Source of the DNA: Macrostomum lignano
Taxonomy: Eukaryota
Assembly: GCA_002269645.1 (NCBI GenBank)
Contig: NIVC01000330.1
Span: forward strand, 124,001 to 188,000
DNA: 64,000 nt
Direction of reading: 5' to 3'
Below the pieces are notes generated by a model. That model saw only the letters and a program-made list of their open reading frames with translations, ran no database searches and was not told where the DNA came from. The position numbers were made by a program, and so were the translations under genes. Shown here in pieces: positions 12,911 to 24,677 of the stretch (position 1 is the first letter of the stretch; every line of letters starts with the position of its first letter).

Positions 12911-14767
12911 TTTAAGTAGTTTAGACTTGCAGCTGGAGTAGAAAAAATGCAATAAAAGGGCAATGAGTATAAAAGTAAGCGCAAGTTTCACAGATTACTG
13001 CACTTAAAGTGAAATTGTCTACTGCCTATGAAATTCTGAGCACCTTTGAGCAATTGGCTTACGCCTTCATCTTGCTATGTTACTAAATTGCTTTTTTGTC
13101 ATTCTAGCTTTGAATAAATTCTCAAAGTCTGCGGACACGTGCCAAGAATCACACACTTCGCGCCGAGCATAGCAGATCTAGGTGATATCCCTTTAACATT
13201 GTCATATCCATGTGCCACCCTTTAAGTGTATGCTACCCCTTTGCCTCTAGTGCACCACCCCTATGGCATGCCACCCCTCAGCCCCTCTGGCATGCCACCT
13301 CTTAGCCTCTCTAGTACACCACCTCTGTCTTTCTGGCATGCAGCCCCTTAGCCCCTTTGGTGCCAACACTTTTTAAAGCATGCTAGATAGCCATTCATAA
13401 AAATGTCACTTTTTTAATATGCTCAAGAAACAATCTTTGTAATTAGGCAACTAGTTTGATTAGTTATAGCACTTTTAATTAATTAAAAATCCTAAGCTTA
13501 CTAAATAAATTTAATTGCAATAAATTTAAATTTAGCCTAGCTTGCTACTTTTGTGACATTGTATTTAGTATTCTTATCTTAGATATAATTTTTATATAGT
13601 TAAAAAAGTATATATTATGGCATTGCTTTGCTATGATTGTTATTATAAAGGCTAGACTTGTGTTTTTTTGTATAATCTATAGAAAAATGTCTAAAATCTA
13701 TAAAAACTTCTTTTAATAATAAGCTATTTGATATTGATTGAGACTCTATGCCTTTAGAATGACTAGGCCCTAACTGATATTTGGCTAGTGTGCTAGTTTA
13801 CATTCAATAATTTTTATTTTTTAAACTATAGATTGTTTACATTATAATTCTAATGTTTAGATAATTGTAAAATAAAATAGATAAGCCTAGGCCTATTTCT
13901 TTTAATTTTATCCTATAATCACTTATATATTATTTCTTCTAGGCCTTACTTAAATTATTATATAACAAAAATGAATAGGCCCTATATAACCTTTGTTATT
14001 AGTTTTGCTTAAGGTATATGCCTAGATATTGATTTTTATTTGATATGATTTTGAAATGCCAACATAGAAGAATTAAATATAGGTAATTTATATAATATTC
14101 ATAAATATAACAATTTCATTTGTCATTAATTTTCAACAAGGACTATAATAACAAAACTTAGTAAAATCAAGATTATAAGTAGTCACATAGCCAGAATTTT
14201 TTATAGGGAGATACAACTAGTTTTAGTAAGACTATTGCTTTTTATTAGTATTGTATAAGGTAGGCCTAACTTTCATAAAAATTGTATGCACAGTGTACTA
14301 TCTACTATACCCATAGCTAGCATAGCCTTATAGCCATAGGAGAGATACATCTCCTTATTCCCTTTTGCCTAGCCTTTCCCTTATGCCACTGATTATAAAT
14401 TGAAAGAATACTTTATTTATTCTTATTTGAATTAACTATTGCTAGGGCCTACTACTAGCCTATTGATATTGAATAAGTTTTTCTAATTCTATCTTTCTAA
14501 ATTAATAGGCCTAGGCTTATATATTGTCTAGGCCTATAATATGAGAATCCTCCTAATTTAACCATTTATTTACATTTGCAGATAAACCATTAGGACATAA
14601 ATTTAAATTGCATCTTAGTTTAGAATCTAGACATAACATTTCTTCTTAGCTAGGGCCTTTTTATAATGCTTGTTCTAGTTCTAGAGCTAGATCTAATTTG
14701 TGAAGTAAAATTTTGTCTCCTAAAGTAGGAGAGATAATGGATATATAAGCTATAATAATAAAGTTAT

Positions 14768-15338
14768 AGCAATCTTCCAGTTTGTTTCGCAATATTATTT
14801 TTGAGTTTGAAACAATGTGTCAACATAATGACACACCAGAAAACAATACCTATGGCTAAAAGGGATACAAAATAGAGTCTAATGAATAACAGTAACAATT
14901 AAGGGGCAGAAAACAAAGTTACAAAGGATAATAATGCACTACGCTACCCAATACAACATAGCACCAAATGCTGCGCCAAGATATAGGCAATGCCATAGAA
15001 ACTCCTCAAGATGTAGTTCAAAGAGGGCATCGGATATACCATGCATATTATAGAACTTTAGCTTAACTAGTGCCCACGATCCTTCTATTGTGTTGGTATA
15101 TACTGTGGCATCGTAGGGGTTGACAAAATGGAGCCGATGATTCATGATGGTGTGGTTGGCAATTTTGGCCATAGACTATTACTGTCACTGTTACTGTTAC
15201 TCCTCTGAATCTATTTTGCATCCCTTTTGGCCATAGACTAAGACATCATTTTCTGGCATATTAGGCCTATTAATGTATTATGTTGACACACCATTACAAA
15301 CTCAAAAATAATATCGCAAAACAAACTGGAAGATTGTC
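14768..15338 (-). mobile_element. Non-autonomous Merlin (IS1016/IS1595-related) DNA transposon with transposase C-terminal relic (14939-15172)
   Basis: Imperfect ~130-150 bp TIRs with consensus start GGCAATCTTCC; 8-bp TSD AAAGTTAT (14760-14767) / AAAGTTGT (15339-15346); internal peptide NHRLHFVNPYDATVYTNTIEGSWALVK..L.EFLW fits the ISXO2/Merlin motif VNH..FV.P..G.HTN.IEG.W. Confidence 0.85.
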
Positions 15339-16304
15339 AAAGTTGTAATTATTGAATGGCAATAGCCAAACAAGAAAGTGAAAATTGTGCAAATTGAGGC
15401 TATTAAAGCAGTCAAACAATTAACAATGTTAAATAGTTATAGGCCTACTGCTTTTTTCTTGGAAGATCTGAACCAATTCTGGTTCTGAAATTGGTAATGT
15501 GAAAAGCCTCTTGCTCTTAATATTTGTTTTTAGTTTTTTATTTTACAAATTTAGCCTAGGCAAACTATGAAATAGGCCCTAAAATAAAACTTCCCAATTC
15601 AAATAGGTCTTAAAAAGAAAACTAGGCATATGATGTCCATATATTAAGAACACTTGACCTTTAACACTTTATTTAAGTTGAAATTAAAATAAAGTATGCG
15701 CTAACTTCTTCGAAAGAGGCTGTAAGCTAATTGGTCCAGCTCAGTATTTCTCATTCATTCGCGTACACAAAACATGTATTGACCGCTTCCAAAGCCGAGA
15801 AAAACGTGTCCTATAAGGCTACGTGTGATTGTGACACTGATGTCCAGCTCATAGCTGAGGCTTCCGAGAGGCTCCGAGGCCTCGGCCAAATTTCAAAAAA
15901 GGCCGGACACACGTACAAAAAATGGCCACGTATAACAATGTTTCAATTTTTATACATGCACAGCACAGTCACCGTGTAGATGAAGCAGAAAATGCACAAA
16001 AAAATCTATAAAAACTCTTAGTAAAAGTTAAAAGCGAATATTTTATGCCACGCAACAAATGCATATGCTTTTGCATTTCAAATACAATGTCAGCTGTCCC
16101 GCCATTCGACTCAAATATTGTTTGTTAAATATTGATAAAATAAAATAGGCCTACTGTTATATTATATCTATCACCTATTTGCCAAAGCTAGGCCTACTCT
16201 TTGCCAAGACTACTTTTGATAAAACTACCTAGGGCAAAAAGTCGGTCAAGATCATGCAAGATGTGTTAGAAGGCAGAAGCTATCCTACAATACAATATTT
16301 TTAT

Positions 16305-16698
16305 CGAAGAGCTTGCGTGCACGGCCGCCGTTCACGTAAGCTCAGAATTGCGTGCACGGCAGAGCTATATCTTATAGGCTTATACAGTAAGTCATATACT
16401 ATTCGAATTAATATTCAAGCTAACAAAAAAACAATGAATTAAGATTACATTTGCAGTCCATGGTGTACGGGGGATAAAACATTATAAAACAATATAGTAA
16501 AAATATTTTTTAATTAGGTTTGCCAATGCCAATGCGTGGATTTAAGGGCCCCAGTCCCGGCCAATTGCCGGCTGCCGTGCACGCAATTACAACACTAGGT
16601 GTACGGCTGCATATATGCAAATAAAGCACTAGGTAGATAGCCGCCGTGCACGCAATTCTGAGCTTACGTGAACGGCTGCTGTGCACGCAAGCTCTTCG
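16305..16698. mobile_element. MITE-like element, ~58-bp TIRs (CGAAGAGCTTGCGTGCAC...)
   Basis: 16305-16362 is a near-perfect reverse complement of 16641-16698; flanked by TAT on both sides; AT-rich non-coding interior. Confidence 0.8.
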
Positions 16699-17919
16699 TA
16701 TTTTTATATGCTATGCCAGGCCTATATGCTATATTTTATACTCTATATGCTACTGGGTTAGGAATGCTAGGAAAAAAGCATTTTTGTACAAATTTACTAA
16801 TTCAAAATGTAGGCCTACCCATAACTTTAAATTTCTAAAAACTACTATGTTTCAATTCTATAAAAATATTTTTGTATAGGGCCTAGTAGTGGCTCAACAT
16901 TCAATGACAATAGTGTATCCAACTTTTTTGTCATAGGATTTCTGCACTATCTCTAAATTGTTTACAAAGTTAATATCAAATTGAAAATTTGTCCAAATAT
17001 GTGCCAGAAATTAAAAAATTAAAATGTATATAATATTATCTTTAAAAGGTAGCTAAACAATTTAACTTAATGAGTTATTGATATAGTAGGCTAGGCTTAG
17101 TTTAAATATAGGCTATAGCTATCTTCTATATAGGCCTACTATACCTATAAAAATTAAAACTATTTATCTATTTACATAGCTATCAATTTTTTGCTAGGCT
17201 TAAAGACTTCTAAACTATATAACCAAATGATAGCAAATTTTATATCCACTTGTAAAGACAATTACCCTAACCTTTATTGTTTGCCTCTCTTTCTTTATCT
17301 GGCCTAAGTATAAAAAAGGTTTAAAATTGACTAACTTTTGGTTGCTATAAGTTTGATCTATATAAAACAATTTACTTCAAACTTGACACAATTATTTATG
17401 GACTTTTTTCTATCTAAATATAATTTTTAACTCTATAACTCAGTTAGGATAAAAAACTTTAATAAGCATATAAAGTTTGACTGTTTTCCTAGTATTTATG
17501 CCACTTACCTACTCATTTCTCCAGACCAAGAGTCAGGCAATAAGGCTGAGTATAACTAGAAATGTACAGTATTCTTGAATAACTTTTTTGCTTTCTGTGT
17601 AGAGGCTATAGATACTAGAATAGCTATGACACTTACCACACTCTAGTCAAAAAATATAATCTACAGTCTATTTGAGGAAAGAGGATAAGGAAGGTAGCAA
17701 TTAATATATTGGCAAATGTCAAAAAAGGCCAGAGGAGAGAAAAGAGAAAAGAAAGGAGAGATAAGAGGAGAAAGGAGAGATAAGAGTAGAGAGGAGATAA
17801 CAAAGAAGAAAGACAAGAGTAGAAAGGAGCAAGAAAAGAAGAATGATGAGAAAGTAGAGAGAAGTAAGAAGAGGGAGAGAAAAGAGATAAGAGAGTAGAG
17901 ACAAACAATAACAGAATAC

Positions 17920-18765
17920 GCAGTTAGCATCACGCGGCGTGTGCCACGTCAACTTGTTGCTTGAGCACTCTGTCAGCGTCCAGGTTTCGGCTTTGTACAG
18001 CAGGATGGTCCCGATCACTGCCTAGAACAATGCTGCCCTCTGGCGGTCAGGTAAGGCCTCGGACTGCAGGACTGCCCTCACAGAATGGTGACGCCGCAAA
18101 TCCTCGTGTATGCCAGGAACCAGACCGCCGAGGTAGACGAACTGCTGACAACGCGGAAGCTCTGTTGCCTGTCCATCAGCGCCTCAGCACAAAATTGCAG
18201 CCTCGATGTCGTCTGGCACGCAGAGCACAACAGTCTTCTGCGTGTTGACCACCAGGCCGACACTCGTCGCAACAGCAACTAGCTTGTCCAGTGATGCAGA
18301 TCCTGGCTCTTTGGATCCTGGCGCTTTTCATCGAGGAAGCACAGATATGCCATTTGATCCTGATTGTTATCTTCATAGATTTCAAGAAGGCATTCGACTC
18401 GGTCGTCAGGTCTGCACTCCCAAAGGTGCTCCGTGCGTACAACGTGCCAGAGCAGCTGATTTCCACCATCATGTCGATTTACCGTGATGCGAAAGCTGCT
18501 GTTTCAACACCGGACGGTCTATCGGACTTCTTTGAGACATCCTTCGGGGTGCTTCAGGGAAATACACTTGCGCCGTTCCTGTTCGTTCTGGTGCTTGACT
18601 GAGTGCTGCAGACAACTCTTCCTACCAACAACGACGGCTTTCTGTTGCGGCAACGCGTGAGTCGACGTCAACTGGAGAGGCGGCTCAGTGGGCCTGGCTA
18701 TGCCGACGATCTCGCCCTGCTGTCCTCAACTGTCGTGGGCGCTTAGCAACAACTGGACAAGCTAG
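17920..18765. mobile_element. Rearranged RTE-like non-LTR retrotransposon RT relic: upstream RT part on + (~18294-18765), downstream part on - (18291-~17920)
   Basis: + strand: FIDFKKAFDS, GVLQGNTLAPFLF, GYADDLALL..QQLDKL. - strand continues LDKLVAVATSVGLVVNTQKT..FVYLG..LLYKAETWTLT. In-frame stops present; GA-rich low-complexity flanks. Confidence 0.85.
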
Positions 18766-19417
18766 AGGAAAAGAGGAGAGAGAAAATGAGAGGGAGAAAA
18801 GAGGGCACCCCAATTTCAAGCATTGACACAGTGAAAGGACACAAAAGTCAATTTGGTAAATTTTTCATTAAGGCAAGTATAGTAAAGTTTTCTTGCGCAT
18901 GTTGCCATCAATATTTAAAGGCAATAATGCCAGGAAAGAAAAGTCAATAAGAAGAGAAAGAAATAAAATATTGCAAGTACATAAAACAGTATGCAAGCCA
19001 AGTAAATGTACAATAGGAGAAGTCAGGGACTCTAAGAAGTATAAATTGATGGCCTAAAGTAGAATACAATAGTACATACATCTTACAAACCCTGAGCAGA
19101 GAAATGTTGCATAGAAAGAGTTCCAGTGCACCACACATGGGGCCAGAGTCAACAAAAAAGTGCACACAATAGCAGAGCAACAAAAAAATCACTAAGTAAA
19201 AGGAGCAAAAATAATATCAAGCTAATTGGCATGTTTGAGCTGGCTATGGCAGAGCAGCTCCCGGAGGATGCTGCCCTTGGTGTAGGCAGGCAGCACCAGG
19301 GCCTCAGTGTTGTTCTAGCCAGTCCCTCACCATGTCAACCAGGGCATTGGAGTCACACAATGAAGCAAAATCAGCGGGATGGCCGATTGTGCAGCATGCT
19401 AGCCAGCTTGTTTTGCA

Positions 19418-20450
19418 CTATCCAGGAATTAGGTTGTCAAGACATTGATCAGCTTGGCTTCTTGGCACTGACACTGTCCTTGGCCTTTGGTCCTGAGCCG
19501 TCCTGAGTCCACATGCCAGTGAAAGCAAAGCCTGCCAGACTGTGGCCATTGCTGGTAAAGTGGTAGACGACCAGAGTGTTGTGGAAGTGCCAGATGTCAC
19601 CAATGTGTATCAGCATGTGGCCACGGATGCTGTTGGTTGTCTCGCCAACAGACCATATGATGGCACCAGCAGCAGAATATAGCTGCAATGAATCCTCTGA
19701 TAATTAGTTGAACCAATTTGACAGCTAATCCAGATTCCAGGGCAGATGGAGGTGAACCTGGTGACTGGCGTGTGCTTGCAGAGCCAGGCCAGGTTGCACG
19801 GCAAAAAGTCAAATTCCCACCTAGCTGGATAGAAGCCCAGCTTAGTCAGCACATCATACTTGATGGTATGGGGGAAATGCTGGCTATAGCTTTGGTGCTA
19901 TACCAGATTCGATATCAGCCCTTTTCACTTTTTGCCATGGCACTGCATGCATCACCATTTGAGGCTACCTACCGACTTTGACTGATACTGATTTTCCACC
20001 GCGAGACTGTCGTCACTGTCATCATTGTTGTCAACTTCCTCTGGATCTGCTTCTTTGTCATTACGAGCTAATATTATACTGTTTCTTGCACTTGCAAATG
20101 ACGGAAATTGCAGTGTCACCATTGTCGTCATTTTGATCCTCACAGTCTTCTTCCACTTCTTCCTCATCAATGCGCTGCCACTTGCATTTACGAACCACCA
20201 AAACTGCATTTGGATGTGCAGTAGAAGTGTTGAAGAGTTCATCAAAATCTATGCGCCTGGTGCATCACTTGCGCAGTTGGGCTCTTTTTTGTCAACAAAT
20301 TTGCCAACAAAGCGGAGCTCCTTAAAATGGCAATTAAGCCTTGGTCACCAGAACTTGAGCTGCCGGTAAGAGACCAGTCCTTGAGACTGGGATAAAATGT
20401 TATTACAACTGTACAAACATCTGTGAGTTGGCTTGGCAACAAGTAGGGCT
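19418..20450 (-). mobile_element. Decayed Penelope-like element (Cys-rich linker + GIY-YIG endonuclease relic)
   Basis: Across frames: PCNLAWLCKH..TRFTS; IFCCWC..VGETTNSIRGHMLIHIGDI; TLVVYHFTSNGHSL; QCLDNLIPG. This follows the recalled Penelope order C..C-YVGET..L..R..H-HF..GHS-WI..L.TL.P.G. VITFYPSL near 20400 resembles the post-RT TYHP motif. Heavily frameshifted. Confidence 0.5.
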
Positions 20451-21114
20451 CTTTTGGCGACAGATAACTAGAGCAGATGTCAACGTCAACTATTTGTTTA
20501 CATGAATGTTGTGTTTAATTTGAAGTCTGAACCCTTTTTGGGGTGCCTTTGCGGATCTTGAAGGGCCTCCTCATATAGATCGTTCATTTGAGGAAGTGAG
20601 TAATACTGAACAGGCAACAATCAAGGCAGGGGCAGCCTTTGCATACTTCTTCTCAGGTGTACTGTGTGCACATTCATTATGTGGCTGTGACCCAGTGCTA
20701 CAACAGTGCATTATTGTATCTGCTGTACTGTAGTCCATACTTGCAACAAGTTGCTTTGTCTTGTCATTCTCTGACTGCAGGGCCCCCAGATAGCACTAGT
20801 TTAGGTACCTAGGTACTACTGAATGTCCATGCCATCGAATACCTGAACTAGTGCATGCAGTGTTGGCCAATTGATCAACTTTTGCTTCTACTTTTGCTTC
20901 TACTATCAACTTTAGCTACCCACTCTTAAGCAACGCACATCAAAGAACTAAATAAATATTCAGTACAAGTGGCATTCATTACCAAGATACCCACTCCACT
21001 TCATGGAAAAATACTTCAATCTAGCGAACTTTTTTTTCTGATCATGCAAAGAAATGTTAACAACTGATATAATGTAGAGTTGATATAATTAAACAATTCA
21101 TTTTCGAACTCCAG

Positions 21115-22126
21115 ATGTTGCTTCGGGCTGCAGCGCCAATAGCGATTCAGCTGCGCCGTCATCTCACTTGCACGGTGCTTGGCCGGCCAATCTACTATGA
21201 GCAGGTTGGCACCGGACCGCGCCGAGTCCTCCTGCTCCCCGGCGCTCTTGGCAGCTGCGCTACCGATTTTCAGCCTCAGCTGAAGGGCCTGAATCGTGAC
21301 AAATACACTGTTGTGTGCTGGGACCCGCCAGGCTACGGCCACAGCCGCCCCCCGGAGCGAGACTGGTCAGAAAAAGGTGGCGAGTTCCTTCACTCAGATG
21401 CTGAGCACGCTCTGTCGCTGATGAAGCAGCTGGGTCTGGCTCCATTCGCGGCAGTTGGCTGGTCCGACGGCGGCAACACGGCCATGCTGACAACTCTGCT
21501 CGGCGGCCCGTCAACTGTGGACCGGCTGGTGCTGTTCGGCTGCAACTCCTACGTGTCGCCCGAAGACGTCAAGCGGACCGAAGCGATTCGCGACCTGTCC
21601 AAGTGGAGCGACAGAATGCGCGGCCCATTCGAGGCTGTCTATGGGCCGGACCGGTTCCGCAGCTTGTGGGAAGAATGGTGCAAAGCCTATTTGGGTTATC
21701 CCAATGGGGGCGACATTTGCAGTCAACGCTTGGCAGAAATTCGCGTCCCAACTTTGGTTGTGCACGGCGCAGGGGATCCTGTGGTGAGTTTGGCGTCTCA
21801 GTCTGCTTGTGGTATGGGTTCCATCAGGTAGGATGCCTAGAGAGAGGATTTTGCGTAAAATGTTTTTGGGGTTCCGTTAGGCAGGATGCCTAGACAAAGG
21901 CAGCAAGACAGAAATCCTAGGCGGAGGCCAGGGTTTTTTATATTTAACGCAGTACCTCAGGTAGCATGGAAATGCCAAATTACAGGTGGACCCGGTTCAC
22001 CACAAGTTTCTGCACTCTAACATTGCCGGGTCTCGGCTGGTTGTTTGGCAGGACGCCAAGCACAATTTGCACCTTCGGCATCCAGACAGGTTCAACAAAC
22101 TACTGGAGGAATTCCTTGACGAGTGA
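21115..22126 (+). CDS. BPHL: Valacyclovir hydrolase / biphenyl hydrolase-like serine hydrolase; exons 21115-21783 and 21986-22126
   Basis: PGALGS..TDF.PQL, WDPPGYG.SRPP, GWSDG nucleophile, HGAGDPV|VDP (Asp), AKHNLHLR (His); GTGAGT donor and TACAG acceptor, phase 0; catalytic triad intact. Confidence 0.92.
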
Positions 22127-22569
22127 TGCAGAACACCGGCACCTGTCGATTAGGTGAATTTGACTAACCCGTAAAAAATTGGTGTTATCATATTTTCATT
22201 CACAGTTCATTTATCTGTCATTGCTAGACTTTTTTATTTAACTATCTTCTAATCGCCCGGTTGTAACTGTTAGCCAAACACAAAATTCACTTTCTATTTA
22301 GATTCAATCAGAACAACAAAAACGAGCTGCTAGCTAACAATTTCCGTGTAAATAAATGCATAACATTTAAACAAAGTTTTGTTTAGAAAAGATTGGTTTC
22401 TTCAATAACTAACTCTTTATTTATGCAATTCTTGTACCATTTTTATATCACATTCAGGTACGCTTGTATGAATGCCTAGATGAACCCAAAATTTAATCAA
22501 TTCAAACAAATGTCAACCCAGGTTTATTCCCGTGCGCGGCCACATTAATTAGTGCCTCGCAAGTTAAAA

Positions 22570-22660
22570 TGTGCGAGAAAACTGACTTGGGGCTTGTGCG
22601 ATTCACGCCAATTGAAGGCTAACCCCCAAGGTACAGAGTGTGTACATGTCTGACAATAGT
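22570..22660 (+). mobile_element. Partial, diverged SINE family B copy
   Basis: TTGTGCGATTCACGCC..AACCCCCAAGG.ACAGAGTG.ACATGTCTGAC matches 25880-26020 and the reverse complement of 55880-56143. Confidence 0.45.
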
Positions 22661-24573
22661 CGAGCATGCGAGCATTAGCATTAGACTAATGCTAAAGACG
22701 GTCTCTGACTGTTTTTACCCTGGCTGCCTCTCTGGTAGCTTGTCTTAGGGTTGTGCGCAATCCGATTGGCCTGGCTTCGGCTAGCCCAATTTTCTAAGGG
22801 TCCGCCCCGGAGGGGCTGTGCCCATTCTAAAAATAACCCTTTTTTTTCATTCCAATTATTTCGGCCCTCGGCCTTGGTTTAGGGGGGTGTACCTGGAGTG
22901 AGTGCGTACTCTGGAATGCAGTGTGGCTAGAACGGGACTTGAGCCCCCCGGTCGTACCCGCCCTGCAGGAAAGAATGACCATTCACGAAGGTGTTACAGT
23001 AGAGCCTAGTTGATGCCAGCTCTGATGCTTTGCCCCGGGAAGCAGGTCAGTAAGCAGCCTGCTAGTAGGGTTCAGGTGCTCCTCCCATTGTTTTTATCCC
23101 CAGTTTTATCGGTTTTATCTTAATGTAAGGCCTATGAATGCCGTTCCAATATCTGGAGTTATGAGCTCTGCCCTCCCTGCCCGGTCCATCCTGCTCTGTC
23201 CTTGGTCCATCTGCTGGCTCCTCTGGTTGTCTCCCTGCCTAAGTGTCTCTGGCTCTCATCCTGACAGTGGATTGGTGTCCTGGGGAATGAGTTCGTCCCG
23301 AATCGGGGATACCGGCTGAGTCCGGGTCCTCTTGCTCCTCGTGCCCCTTCTCGACCCCTTGGCCTGGCCTCCAATATTGAGCTGGATAGGCGATACCCTT
23401 GGGTTTGTAGCCGGTAGACGGTCTTCCCTCCTGGAGTCTCGCCCTCGGAAACAAGCCTTCCAGACTCGCTCCAATAGCAAAGCCTTTTCCGTAGACTTCG
23501 GGGTTTCCCCGCTCTCGGACCGCTCTCAGTAGTAATCCAAGCTTTTTTCGCTATTTCCAATTTTTTCTGCGCACTCCCGAAAACTTGTCTGCTGGGTGGG
23601 TGGCCTGGGTGGACTCGGTCTCAGCACTGTCCCTGATTCCACTTTTGGGTTGGCGGTGTCTTACCGTAGGTTTGGGTTAGTAGCACCAATACTCCATGTT
23701 CTCACCAGAGTCCTGAGCTCTGATCCCAATCGTGGCCTCTCGGGCTACATGCCCCTGGTAGTATGGTCCACAGACAGATCCCTGCGGTAGAGTCCCCTTT
23801 CGGGCTGATCCGCGACAAGCCCCTGGCTTTCCACCCCCGTTTAACGACAACAAATGCGAGAATTAGTCCCTCGCATCTGTAGTGAAGTATGCAAGCAGGT
23901 CTTTCAGGAATGAAATTTTGAATACTCGTACAGTTATACGTGTAAGTAAAGACTAGGCTTAGAGTTAACAAAGTCTTGTAGTCGTAATTCTACTTAAATT
24001 TCAGCTCTTTATTAAATTGTTTTTTTCCCACTCGGACTGGCACTGCCTGCCTATGTTAATATATTTTTAGTAACAATTAGTTAAAATATGAATCAAGGGT
24101 GTACTTTATTAACCATTCGTAATATATAATAGACAAATGAAAAAAGTAATAGAGAAAAGTAGCTGTTTTAATAACATTTCTAAAACAAATTGAAAATTAC
24201 CGTATCTAAAGTGTTGGAATTAAAGGATAAACAGTGAGTAAACACGGGAGTGCAGTATTGCACAGTTATGTGGAATGTACACGAGCTTCTAGAATTCAAA
24301 CGTGTAAAGAAATGAGTTGAAAAAATTGCCACTAAAACAAGACTAGGGAATGTAGAGATTTAATAAGCTACACAGAGATACGAGTATATTGCCTTTAATG
24401 TTGCCAATGCATTTGACGATAAAACTAGGTTAAAAAGATAAAAAAGACAATAAAGTGGAGATTGCACAAAAAAGCAGAACAGATTCCTATGGAATCGAAG
24501 CCAAATTGTTAATTAATGTTAAATTATGAACAACTCAGCTGGATTTCGTACTCAATCTTGCCGTAGCGAGAGC

Positions 24574-24646
24574 TCACATCACGTACCGAGGATCTTCTGC
24601 AGCAGTGCTGTCAAATCCCATTGGCAGGCTGCCAGGAAATAGTTGA

Positions 24647-24677
<31 letters not shown>

